Positions 48,671-62,200 of a stretch of 64,000 bases of DNA are shown here, one piece after another (position 1 is the first letter of the stretch; the number at the start of each line of letters is the position of its first letter). Position numbers and translations under genes: made by a program. Source of the DNA: Phoronis australis (taxonomy: Eukaryota > Animalia > Phoronida); the NCBI GenBank assembly GCA_002633005.1, contig NMRA01000084.1, positions 296,320 to 360,319 on the forward strand, in the 5' to 3' direction. The notes beneath the pieces are model-generated. The model was not told the origin of the DNA and ran no database searches. It saw only the letters and a list, made by a program, of their open reading frames with translations.

Positions 48671-49574
48671 ATACTGAAGAAATAAAATGTTTCAATTCTA
48701 AAAAAAACAACCGGAAATCTGAAACATTGTGTTGATAGAGGTGGAGCTTAATTTTTATTTTCAAGCAAATAAATATTGCTGTTTACATCTTAAAAATAAG
48801 GGTTGCCGCTCGGTCACGGTCGTGTAAACAATGGACTTCATGTAAAACGTTGGGAAAACAATGCAGAACACAAATTAACATGCATAATATTTATGTTGTG
48901 AAGAAATAACAATGTAGTCTTCATAGAAAAAATCCAACGTTGTTTCAATAAACATGAACTGTCAGTAAAAATTAATATTTTTTTGGTCTTTTACATTAGA
49001 GTTTTCTGGCGGCTTCATTCTAATTACAGACTACTATGAATGCACGCTAACTTGTCAACATATTTTCTCCATTTATCAATATTTATTACCAAATACTGTA
49101 TTTGGACATTTACTTGTACTTATGACGAGACTTGATTTTGCATTTGTAAGAAGAAACAATTCAGGTTTTGAAAGGGTGCGATTTTAAAACACGTTGTGCT
49201 TTTACGTGATGCACTAGAGACAACACGGCCGTGGAAAAGAACGACTCCGTTCTTAATTTCATATAACGTTAGAAAAAGTATCGATAGCTATATTGACATT
49301 CGGAAGTTTAAGTGAAACTAAAAAAAATAAAAAAAAAACGGTTTCAGTTTCGCCAATGTCGTGCTCAACAACATGTTATTTTTCTCCCGGTGTTGCACTA
49401 ATGCCAGTGTCCGCATCTCTGAGCACTGATGTAGAACTGCATTAGCTTTTGATACTTCTGTATCAATGAAAAATAGGCAGGCCTTTTCGGTGCTGATACC
49501 AATTGGAATACGGTAGTTATATCGCTTTAGTGGTAATTTCCGCGTCCCTTGCTTCTATGGCAGGTGATCCCTTT

Positions 49575-50466
49575 CAGGGTGTTCCATCGAAACAGGAACG
49601 CGGGTGAAAACAGATATCCCGGAGTCGGAAACAGACTCCCGCACATTCAGAACGGATAACCAGCCCGGAAAATATGAACCCCGGCCTTTAAAACAGGAGC
49701 CCCGGGTATGGGACAAGACACCCGGGGACCGAAACACCTCTCCTGCACTTCTGTCAAACAAACCTTCCTACTTTAAATAGTTGTTGTGATATGTTGTTTT
49801 ACTATACATGTACATTATTAGAATTTTAGACATGTGGCGGAGTGGCGTTCTACGTCATTCTGCTGCTAAATTTGTGTCGGTTTTCACCGCCATGAAATAT
49901 TGCGTCACCTATTGGCCAATTTCTATTTTCCCGATTCTTCAATCAACTATTCTTCTTCCACGAGGTTGCGTACATGTCACAACAAATTACTCAATATTGG
50001 CACTTCGAAGTCGAAATAATATTTTTGCCTTTCATTTTTGAAAATATTTATGGAGAAACTATTGAATAATCTGAAATCATCTAAATAATCTTCGAGATAA
50101 CAGCTTGTTGAGAGTAAGCATTATGTTGAAATTCTCCCACAGACAAGTTGCACAAGCTTTACAGGTAAAAACGAAATTAATATAATATAAGTTACGTTTG
50201 ATTATTGACAATATTTAACAAACAAATGCAGAGAAGAACTGGAAAGAACTTGAAGATGCTTTAACTCAAAGTCTCAGACTTCTGAGAACGATTTCAGAAA
50301 ATTTGAAAATTTGTCCGGGTTTCCTGTCCGGTGCATGGGGTACCTGTTTTAAAGGTCGAGGTTCATGTTTTTCAGGCGGGTTACCTGTTTTGAAGGTGCG
50401 GAAGTCTGTTTTTGACTCCCGGATATCAGTTTTACACCGGGGATCCTGTTTCGATAGAACACCCTA
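49575..50466. mobile_element. Non-autonomous DNA transposon with about 155-bp modular TIRs
   Basis: CAGGGTGTTCCATCGAAACAGG... (49575-about 49730) is inverted at about 50312-50466 (...CCTGTTTCGATAGAACACCCTA). CCTTT is present on both flanks. Confidence 0.85.
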
Positions 50467-52649
50467 CCTTTGCGGAACTATTTTGATAGGACTCACAAAA
50501 TGTCATCTATTTTTGCGACATATTGTGAGCCGACTCGTGGACGTGTGACAGTTCTCGCCACCTGCCTCCAAACGTTGTGTTATCGTTTACTATGATTTGA
50601 CTAATAAAATCATAATGTGGCCAGTCTCACAATAGTATTTGTTTCATTACTTGTCACAATGAGTATTGTCCTCAGGTAATCTGATGCTATTTTTAAATCC
50701 ACAGTGACTTAATCCAACTATCGTTTTCATTTTCATTCACATTTAGGACACGCGTCCGTAAATTTAGCCGGATATAGGAACCTCAGTTTTTTATACATGC
50801 AAATTAGCCTGTTTCCGTAGTAATTATATTTAGCAAAAATGATACGAACATATCACACATCGTGACGAACACAATTACAAAATCGAAATGTTGTCCCTGC
50901 AAACTTGGGGATTTTATAAACACATAACACATTTCTCGTCGTAATGTAAATGTAGTTTAAGAAGAAAGTAGACGAATTTCATATTCGAAAGTTTTCAAAA
51001 ATATTTCCCTCCATCAGCGTGGGTTCGCACGCCTACGTAGTTTAAGCAAAGCGGCTGCAGGCGTGATTGTAAACAGAACGTGTACGTAGTTTTTCATGAG
51101 AACAATGTATTGAAAGCGCGCTAAATTTAGCTCAATTACGAATTCAATGCCAAGTGACCTTCGCGAAATATCTAGCGGTATGAAGTATAAGGGTCTTTAT
51201 TCAGCAGCCACTAATTGATCGGCATCATTTGACAAAATAAGCCCAAAGTCCTATAAAAATCAGCCTGTTCATCAAAATCATTGATATTTGATCAGATTGC
51301 TAAACAATTTGAAAACAGAGAAGGCAGACGCAGTCAACAAACAGCGAATTCGATTACATTTGCTTGAACCTCAGCAGAACTGGTGATTTTGAGGTCAAAA
51401 CAGATCTTGTCTTACTAAATATTTTATCAGAAACATGATCAACAAAAAAATTTTTTATTTTTAGCTTTCTCATACTCATACGAATTTGAATCATTGAGGT
51501 GACATTTCATGTAACAAAGTTTGGCGAAACGGTGAGCTTGGCCTGTCTTAAAAGGTGCCACGTTTTGAAAAGAATAACTTCTACACAGTGACAAAATCAT
51601 TCAGATTAGTTGGTAGCCTGTGGTTAAAGTTGTTTATGTTCCAATTTTGTGAAGCCACGGGTACCCTTAGTCACTGTTATACATCACAATTGAAATATGA
51701 CGGTTTATTGTTCTTGGGTAGTTTTAATTATTTTCACCCTCATTTCACGCTTAATAACTTCTCCTCAAGGTCAAAAATCAACGTAGATATTGTTCAAGTT
51801 ATGAATTGCTCAATTCAAATAAATCGGACCACACTTGTGTATAACGCAATACCATACATCTAGTTAAAGCAGCCATCGCTTTTGATACCGCAATCATTAT
51901 CAGGCACAATCGAATTGCGTAATGCAGAATGCACGCGCTTCAAGGCACGTTCAGACGCAGTCTTGCAGCTAGTACTCCGGAAAAGGAACGGTCAAAATTT
52001 AGTTTGAGAAACACTCCCCACTTAACCCGTTTAGCGCAATGCGGTTAATTGACAACGAAAATTAAAGTTAAACAGTGTATACTTTTTGCTGGAAGAACCG
52101 GCATTGTAAACGTCCTTCATCGTGATAAGAAGTTGACAAATGGTGTAGACGCTGATGTTTCTTGCGAACGTTCACCGGACTTGAGCGTTAGGTGTGTGCT
52201 TGTCCACCGTTGTCAGAATTACGATTTAAGGTTAGATGATGTTAAACGATAAGGTATCTGACGCTAATCGCTAACGCAATTTGGACCTACAAGCATATCG
52301 CATTTTCAAAAAATTGCAGGGCTGGGACTTTTTAACTTGCATGTCAATTTAGCCCTTCTTTTATTTTCCAAAATTATGGTTTTGGATTAATAAATGTGCT
52401 CCGACAACGGTTGCACACATTGCATACCCCCGCAGTTCAGAAGAATTAGGATTGCCCATGGCGAGGTAATAATTTTCGGAAGTGTTTAGTGCTTTACAGT
52501 GTTATGCAAATCTGGAGTAATAATTAGTATTTTTTAATCGGGCATTAATTTTGTTTCACTACATTTTGTTGGGTTCAAAACGTCCAAATGACGTCATACT
52601 TAACAAGCGCATTTTTGCTAGTAGCTTCAAACTCGCTAATAAAGTTACA

Positions 52650-53130
52650 GTTGAAGATCTAATCCCATACTGGTGCCGACTCGACACGGATCACACCCGA
52701 CACGATCCGACGAGTGAACCGCGACGCTCGAAAATCACGAAATGAGCGCGAGTCACCCACCATCTCGAAGCGGGGAACCGAACACTCTCCGGGACTGCCG
52801 TGTTCGTCCGTGCTTACATGGGACTGGGGCTTTGTGTCCCGTCGGATTATTTCCACAAAGTAACCAGATACAGTATTCCCAATACGAATAAAGGCACCGC
52901 GTTGTGTCACGGTCACGTTCGGCATCAAAAGCAAAAAAAGCGATGTCAAGCGACCCTTTCTTATTTTCATAACGTCTTCCGTTTCTCTTTCTCGTGAATT
53001 GTCCACATTGCCGACTCATTTCTGAGCTGACTCACGAATTGTCGATTATCGCGACATTTTGGGAGTTCTTGGTGAGCCGCCTCGAGGACGAGACAGTCTC
53101 GTCACCTGGTGACTGTGAAATACACCTTTA
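52650..53130. mobile_element. Possible decayed PIF/Harbinger-like MITE
   Basis: CpG-rich island ending TGTGAAATACACCT|TTA, with only a weak left-end match. Confidence 0.25.
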
Positions 53131-54429
53131 GCATAATTATTGGCTGGTCACGACAAGAATATCGAACGGATTATGCCAGTTTCAGATTGTATTAACGCAC
53201 AGTGATAATGATTGTGACGAAACCTAATATGATGAATTAAAAAATAAGGTTGTGTTCTGCTTTACATTTTCTCTGCAAACTGAAACCAGCAACGGAAAAT
53301 AAACCATTTTTCCGTCTGGTTCCAAAACTCATCAAATGAAAATGTAAAACGATTTTGATATTTCTATTCACACGGGTAACTTCGGATGTCTTGGATGGGT
53401 TCGTGTAGCTGGAAGAAACGTTTGCGTGTTTTGTCTGTGATAAAATCGAAAATTTTATCTGGCAAATGAGCTGGAATCATGCAATGGTCAATACCAGCTG
53501 GTCAGTAAAGTAGTGAAACCTGAATTGATCACCTCACTTCTTCATTAAACTGATGAAGAGCGCCCTGCTTCAACAAACTAAATTCGATTTTTTTACTACG
53601 TACGTGTATTAGCGTAGCTTTTCAAATTGTGATAAGTGGTATTCAAGGAAACCCAAGACAACCTGAACCAGTTTTCTTGTTGAAAAGTGCTGAACTTTTG
53701 TCTGCTGTTAGAACCAACCCAGATCGTGTTGTCAATATATACAAACAGTCAGGGTGACACGGTGCTGCCTGCCGACGGTAAATTATCAAACCAGGTTCTG
53801 AGTAGAAAGCATCGTATAAACAACACTACTGAATGAATCTGGCGCACTGGAAGCTGGAAGAAACAGATGATATAAATCACGGAGTTGTTAACACAGTTAT
53901 CCACCGTGAAAACTCGGTCAGATGTCCGTCTCTGAAAGTAACGTGTATCTGGTCTCATTTCGTTATAAATTAGCACAGAGTTTTTGACAACTACCCACGT
54001 GTTGAACAGGTCACAGCACAATGCCAAGCAGTGTCGTAGAAAAGCACGCGGTGTAATTCTGAAAAAATGCAATAAAACCGTTCACTTCCTTTCAAGTTCA
54101 CATGGTTTTGTTTTATAAGTGCGAGGTGTCACAATAAACTCTAGAAATCGGTCAGTCGTGACATTTTTGACAACGCGTATTCAGCTGATGCACTGGTGTC
54201 AGTATATAGAACCGCGTTCACAGACGAGTTGGGAGTAACCGCCGACACACTGCAAACCTTGTTACGTCCCTTAAAATTGTCAGCTTGTCATGCGCAACGG
54301 CATCTCTATCCGCGATCTGTTTCTAATTGTATCAAGTGTTCATGTCTTTAACAGCCGGTGTATGGAAGCTGGTAATCGCCAGCGCATGTCGGGACTCCGC
54401 AAACTGCATGCATGACCACCCGTACAAGT

Positions 54430-54610
54430 AGGCTTTCTTTGCAACTCTGACCTGTCCAACCAAATTGAGGTCTGCGTATGCCTTCCTTTCGCCGCACGTG
54501 GACTATGCCTCTGCTCCCTAGTAGGTATCGCCTAACCTAAATAAAGTTCCTGCATGTTCAACGCTTAGGGAAACGAAACACCTTTCGTGCTTTTATTGCG
54601 TCATACTCAA
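54430..54610 (+). mobile_element. Possible highly decayed LINE ORF2 fragment
   Basis: TKLRSAYAFLSPHVDYASAP**..LNKV resembles the post-RT YxAxxxPHxDYAS..W..LxKL motif. Confidence 0.3.
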
Positions 54611-56217
54611 CTGAGGAAGACTCATTTGAGATTTGACAGAAAGCGCTTTGGAACAAAAGAAAGGTAGTTTGTGACTATGGGGAGAGTAAGGATGATTCGT
54701 GGAGGTACGTGCCTGTCTGTTAGTGAGGTGCACAGGTGTGTAACACAGGTGAACGATCGGTCAGCACAGTCCAACCGCAGACATACTGGTGTAGTCAAGA
54801 TACGGCCACTTTTCTGTTGTATTGGTTGTCCGACGGAAAATCTTAGGCGGTTATCTGACTGGCCCGTTTTGCACGTGCTTATATATTAACACTCTCTCAA
54901 CGACAAACACAAAACTCTATCTTACAGCAAAGAATGGTTCTTAAAAACATTAATTGTGTCGAATATCTCGTTCATTGGCTGTGGACAGTTCATGTTTTTT
55001 GTTTTGTGGGTAAAATAATGCAGTAATCTAGAAAGGCAAATTCGGTTGAATTCGGAACGTCATATGGCAAGACTGAAACTGTCGGGTACTACGCTTAATG
55101 CAATATTGTCTAAAAGTTTCGTGGTATTGCTTTTAAATTGTTCCACATTTACATGAGCGACTATCTATCAAAAATAGGACTTCAGTGATTTTTGGTAAAA
55201 AACTTACTCAAATTGCATCAAACAAAAACGAAACGATATTTTGGAAAACTGTTTTTGAAGTTTCATCTTAAACATTTATATACAATACCGTTGTTTTGCT
55301 ATCACTCCACATTTTACTCTAAATTTACTATATAAGAACAAATGATCACGCGACCTAGTGGCGGATTGGTAAGCTGTCGTCAAAAATTATATTTTACAGG
55401 CTTCCTACTTTCAGAAAATATACGCTTCTACTGATTTTAAATCTGCAGTTTTGTGGATCTTTTTAAAAATACACGGACTTGTGAATTAGGTCCTGCATAA
55501 CCTTCAAAACAAAATATAAAAGCTCGTTTTCACCTATTTGAAAGTGGGCAGAACCGGAATCGGAAAACAGAGCGATCTTTGCTTAACCAGACTGGTTGAA
55601 CATGACACCTGTTTCGACAAGTTGGCGGTAACTAGCCAGTCATCAATCATCCATATAACTTTTGAACTGTTCGAAAATGACAAGGCGTTTCCTTTTTAGC
55701 AATTTCATTATAAAAAGCATCTGTTAGATTATTCCTCCGATGTACCGTTGTCTAGGTAACAAGGGGGCGGAAGTTTGATTATAAAATCGAATTGGTGAAA
55801 GTGGAATGTCGTGTTCTCGTGGCAACTGGTGTCGTTATTTTCAGGTCGGGTTTAAGATAAAATCCTTTTTGTTACGCCCACGACGTAGTCTGGTCATGAA
55901 TTCCCTGATCCGTGGGGTAGAGCAACGGACGGAAGTGAAGGCTTTGCATGGAAAATATGAGGTCTCTATTCAATGTCTCTGATCCTTCATAGACGATACA
56001 TTGTACAGCTTACACGCACAACAATCACAAAACCAGGCAAGTGACCCGTGCACTGAATTCCCCGTGATGTGGTTGACAAAATCGGTCAAGCGACCACCTA
56101 ATTTTGTCAGTACGGTAAAAAGCAGACATTTTCGTAAAGACTGGCGCAGGAGGGCCACTTTCACTGAACAAACGCAAACACAACCCTGTCAGCAAACTCA
56201 CACCGAAGACGCTGCTA

Positions 56218-56276
56218 CATAGGCGGCGCAGCACTGAAAGCCCCCCCCCCCAGCCCCCTATGGTGTGCCGCCCATG
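56218..56276. mobile_element. 59-bp hairpin mini-element (family of 38284)
   Basis: CATAGGCGGCGCAGCACTGAAAGCCCCCCCCCCCAGCCCCCTATGGTGTGCCGCCCATG. Confidence 0.7.
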
Positions 56277-59200
56277 CCTTAATCAATCTTTTAGGTGCGT
56301 CAGTACAGAGTTAGCTTGTCATTGTGAACAATGAGGCCACCTTCATTGACGCTTCCAGAGAGTGATGCGCAACAATTAAGGCTAATTAGCCGCACCCTTT
56401 TCAACAATTTCTGAAAAAAATCACCAGAAGCACGAGACGTGACGCATTGCGTTTCGAGACCGACTGAATTGTTGGTTACGGGTATTTTTTACACACTTGC
56501 TAAATTAAGGACAAGGGTTTGTATGCGCGTGGCTGTATTAATTACCTGTAGATACATAAGTATTTACAGACATCAGGTGGCAAGTAGACAATCAGTGGCA
56601 CAATTGGCCTAGATTTCCCAACTCCAAACCTTGTCTACCAGTCGCAATGACCAACGAAGCAAAAATTCACATGTTTTCGTGTTGTCCGTTCATAATATTT
56701 ACACCCACTCCCAATTCGGTATTTTCGGTAACCACTCCGGAACATGCGGATATGATCGTAAAAGCAGTGAAGGTAGAACATCGCAGATTTCTTCTATAAG
56801 TTAAGTTTGTCCAGCGGCAGCCAGCAGGACTGAAATGTGACGAAGGGAAATTCTTGAGTTGGGATTTGGCGAAATGCAAGTGGAAGCACTTTTGACGTAT
56901 TCGAGCGGTTATTAACTTGCTAATTGTAGGAGACGGCATCTGCACAATTATGCAAATGAGGTCAGAAAAGGAGTAAACGATGTATCTGCAGATATGAATA
57001 ACGGTGCTTTTGTGGCGAAAAACGTTATCAGGAGACTAGTTTTATCGTTATATTAAAGCGGTGACACATACGCCTGTGGCCGCCAAAATAGTTTTTGATT
57101 AAGATCGCTTTCTGCTGTAAAACTGGTCCCAACTTGTTTCTCGTTTTTTCAAAAAAAAAATCTAGTTTTCATTCACAAATATGCCGGACTCGGACTGACG
57201 TTGTCTTTACATGTTCGCGCGACCTGGTTTGTTTGGAATAAGCTTGATTGTTATGTCGGAACTATCAATTGGCTATGGCTAAGTCAATGGAATCATTTTG
57301 TTCAATTGCATTTTTGTGATCAACAGTGAGCTTGACCTAGACTGTAACACAATACAGATGTACATGTATTACAAAGCTTCGCAATAGAACCGAAAACGCT
57401 AGCAGACTCCGTGCTGTCCGCGAAGGAGTCACATCACTTTGTTTCCTAATACACGTAGCTTTAAAGCAACGAAAATTGATGTCACAGCAAGTTCAATTTC
57501 TTCAATGATACAACAAACATAGGACTTTTCCGGGGCATAACGATCGAGTCCCTTGAAGTAAGCAGCCTGGCTACTAGGCTGAGAGCAAGCGGAAACGCTC
57601 AGCACGGACGTTTGCTGCCGTTCACTACTGGCGTTTTCACTTCTGGAGAGATTGTTCGTGGAAACAGGCCAGCGTCTTAGCAAGTGTGAACAACGTTCTG
57701 GTATCAAAGGAAAATAACGGATAACAGCGACTCATCACAGTGAAAGAATTCATCAAAGGAAGATAACATACATCTCAGCCAGGTGGCGCGAGGCCCTAAT
57801 CCAGCCTCGCTCCCCCGGTGGCGGTGATCGGTTTAGCCATTCTAAGCTTGGTTATGGAAATTACCTTCGGCGCAATGCTTGGCCGCTGCCTTGACGTCAC
57901 CAAAACAAAGGCAGATTTTGATTATTTTCACAAGCGTTTTTGCTGCAAAATACATCATTTAGACCTAAATTGCTGCAATATACCGTTAGTTTTCATTTTT
58001 ACATAAAATTGCAGAAAATTTCTAAATTATTCGTTGCGTTCGGACAATTTCCGTAAAAATGTGCTAGAATTCTGACACCTTCGTTTCCCATAAACCAAGC
58101 CTCAAATTGCTAAATCGATCAGCGCCATCTTGAAGCTTGGGGATGAGGCCTGACCTACTCCGGCTCACCTGTCTGAGGGCTCACCAAGTTGTGCCCCCTA
58201 ACAACATTTCGTGAATCTTCTAAAAAATAATAAATGATCACGTGACATTGATTTATTAATGCACGGTGTTACAAGATAACGTTATACATGTGGAGAAAGT
58301 TCTCCAAGATATCAGTAAGGACGTAATTCACGCTAGTATTAGCTTCTTGTAAGCATGCGTTACCGCCGTGTCGCCGGAGGACTGAAGAGACCATGCGACG
58401 ACTCACCGTGCGGTTTTAGGCAGTCATGATCAGATCAAAGTTGTACCCGCACGTTTGCTTGGATATTTTTGAGAGACTAAAAGGCCGCACTATGCCGTAC
58501 ACTCGCATATTGGACTCATTGACATATCAAGCGCATGCGCCTAGGTGTGAAACACGTACGTCACTAAGGAGATAAATATTACTATAGCACGTCAGGTTCG
58601 TAGCCCGCTATTGCAAAGGCTGGTTAGCGGGACTTTCCATACCCCTGGTCGCCACTACGTCCGCATACATACATGCGGACAAGCTATCCGCTTACGATTG
58701 GTTTTGCTTCTACTCCACGTAAAAACAAATTTCATCCCGACTCCCGAGAGTGCCGAATAGCAAACAGACGTGAATAGTCACGTTGTTTTGTCCATCTTCC
58801 AAGAAGTCGCCGACACAAGTTCACGTTCATTTAACTTTGACTGGCTTGTCCTCAACTCCCGTACCCCGATTGACTGTCTACATCTCTTGTTACACTAGAT
58901 TAGGTTCGATGATGTAAGGTTTGCCTTTGATCTTCGGCAGCAGTTTTGTGCGTTGTGACTCAAAGTACTTTGGCGCCAATGGAATAGAAACTGGCGATTG
59001 TTATTTTCCCGTCTTTTCTGATCTTATCAATAACTTCAGTGAAATTTAATTAAATTAAATACCCTGGGAGTTATTGCCTCAATGTTTACTCTCGAGCTAG
59101 TTGAGATTTCATAAAATATTTAATGACCAAACTACCGTTGTGACAGAGAATCCATGAAAGTTACGGTGTCGAATACCCACTAGAGTACACAAGAGCAACG

Positions 59201-62200
59201 CACACATATTTCTCAAGAACGACTGTATCGTAAGTGCATTGCCAATGTTCTTCTAGCTTAATGGATAAAAGTGAACTTATGTATATTTCGGTATGTTGTT
59301 TCATTTGCATGATTACAATGTCTTGCGCCAAACTTCCAACAGAATTGTCTAAATTCTTTGTATCATTGCCAGAAGCAAATACGAATCAAGGCATCCTGTT
59401 TACGGTTTTTAAATCACTCGGAATGCGGTATATTTGTCAGTATACAGTTTATCCAACGTACGAGAAGCGTTACATCGATGTCGGGCCGACAACATGACAG
59501 GCGGGTAAACGCTATTGAAGGTATTGCTCATCATAGCGCGCGGTCTTTATGGTGCTGTAAATTCAATGTAGATACACGCAGCCTCTCCTTGTTATCTCAA
59601 GTCTTGCACAGTGTGGGGAAGGACTAAAATAGAACTTGGGGAATCGCAGAGTGGCCTGCGAACATCTGTGTGCAAATGCCATCTGAAACCATCTGGCAAA
59701 CGGGTTATTCTTTCGATATCTATCGCGTGCGTGTCCGCATTGTCTGAAAAAATACCCATGGAAAACATGAAAAACACAATTTGAAATAAAACAGCTGACT
59801 AAGTCAAGTTTGTAAGTTATCAGTAAACTTAGGGCAGATTGAACGTTCGTTTTCGCCCTTACGGGCGACATGTGGTATAGTTTTCATTTTCTGAATTGGG
59901 TGCCATCCACTGACAATTTCAAGTTGTGTTGTGTTTTTGTTAATCCTTGGTTTGATCACAGTCTGGGTTCGGGGTCTAAACATTATACTCGAAATCGAAC
60001 ACGAAAATATATTTGACATTTTCTATTCTACCGGCATCTCTGAATGCGAATTCGAGCTAAGTGTCTATTATTCTGTGCAGTGTGGCTTACGCGTATGAGT
60101 TTCTAGTCCAAGTTTGTACTTGATTACCCTAGATTAGAGCTATAAACTTCAGTACAAACTCGACATTCGAGTAAAAACTCGAAATTCCGTGTTTAGACTC
60201 AGAACTTTTTAAATTAGTTTTAACTTTAAGGGTCATCAGGTGCAAACTACGATTAGACAGTTGTTCACGCAAGCCATTATTATTCGAACATAGAACAAGT
60301 AATAAGACATTTTTGCTCAAAAATGGAATAGTAAATGCCTAAAAACTTTGGCATAGCTACACTGACCCACACTGATTTCAAGCAATAACACTTCCTTCTC
60401 CTTCAATAGATGGCACTACCATCTACTTCAACTGTGCAATAGGTGGCGGCACAATCCGGAGTTTTTCTTCTCACTCATAAGGCTAAACGAGACGTCGTTT
60501 TATTAATTTTAATTCAAAACCAACTTAAAAGCATAATTTTTTGCAGGATGACTTCCAATCATATAAATGTTTTATACACGTTAATCGAAGGAAGCAAAAT
60601 AACAAATTAAAGATAATGAAAACCCTCCACTGACGGAAGTAAAATAATATGCTATTTTGACCATCCATCACCTTGTCACATCTTCAACGTGATTGGTTAG
60701 GAATTCGGTTAATATATTCATGGTGAAACAACGCAAACTCGTGTTATTTTTATTTGTCTTTTTTCTAATCGATAAACTTTCTTAACTATCACGTTGGCGA
60801 CAGAGCGTCGAGTGTTGTCAATATAAAACAGAGCGTTAACAATGGAAATGAAGTTGCACTATATACTACAATTAAGTGTGACAACGAGTCGCCGAGCAGT
60901 AACCTGTACTTCGACTCAAAGTGATCGTTTAAAATGAATTATCTAACCTTCGTCCCTCTCTGAAGTAGGTCAATTGTTTTCTATTATTAAGAGCTTTTGA
61001 GAAGTTGGACAGGCCTTTCAGGTTGACAGATCACTGTGACCCCAATGATCGCGAGAAGTGAGCACCTCTCGAAAAAAATGTGTAACACAGTTGAGAACTT
61101 TTTTTGGAGTGCAAGCTAGTTGCCCAAAGATCGCCAAAGGGCAATATATTTGACCACGACTATTTAAGTGCGCATACTTATAGATAGTTATGTACCAAGG
61201 CGAAACAGAAAATGAAGTTCCACCATGAAACATATTCTATGAATGGAAATACACGGGTTTGGCATTCGTTTCCAGCAGACAGTACTAACCGACCTCTGGA
61301 TAACATATGGCGTATGCAGACGACAATTTATCACGCTTGATCTAGGTATTGTCATTGTTTTAAGCTGCGTAGGTCACAAACGATCAGATATGACCATAGA
61401 TGAACACGTGTTTACAATTCTGGTGAAGTAGATGGTTTAGTAGTCACAATGTCTGACATTTTCAATGACGGAATTTTGTTGTTGGTTTGATGTTCAGAGA
61501 AGTGAAAAGAAGAACTTTCTGTGTTACAAAGTGTTGTTTAATTCGTCTTCTTGAGGTTGACGTGTTTTGGCGTCTGATTAGTGCCGCCCCCTGTGGACCA
61601 TTTATGAAAATTAGTTTTCATGGATTTCTTTGTTTTAGAATACTGCGTTGCTTGCAAATAAGTATCCGAGTAAAGCATGTAATCTTGCGTCAAACGTAAC
61701 TGAATATAATACGTTGTCTCGGCCATTTAGTCCGAAGTGCAGCTGACGTCGTGTTTCTTCCCGTTAGTTAAATTTATTTAGTGGCGTTTCGGTGTGTAGA
61801 TCTGGCAGCGTGGCTGGTATTTGTATGCAAAAAACTATGAGTGAATGCTACCGAAATATTTTGGTCGTTTGACAATGAATATTCCTTTGGAAGTTTAAGT
61901 TACAGTAAGAGACTAAAAACGGAACATCATATCGCAGAAATGACTGAACAGATTCAAATTAGGCTTTCAGTTACTGTGCTTTATGTACCGTTCTTCAAAA
62001 CGCGGTTGGAGCTTGTGTTGCTGTAAATTAGCGGATTGATATCGTGTAAGTAAGGGTAACTATTGGTCACGTGATGTGACCAACGCATGCCGGCCATGTA
62101 TGTAGACTGGTAATAATGAGTTGTCATTTATTCTCAAAGAGCTCTAGTTTTTGCGAGAGCGGCTTTAAAAACACGACTTCTATGATGTTTATAAAAACAT

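Noticed and set aside
56543-56570. TACCTGTAGAT resembling miR-10/miR-993
   Set aside because: It lacks the ACCCTGT seed and the rest of the mature sequence, forms only a 10-bp mini-hairpin, and has no GAAGCTCG 3p arm. No miR-10-family precursor was found in the window.
59234-59497. ORF with faint LINE C-terminal resemblance
   Set aside because: Too weak to support without a database search.
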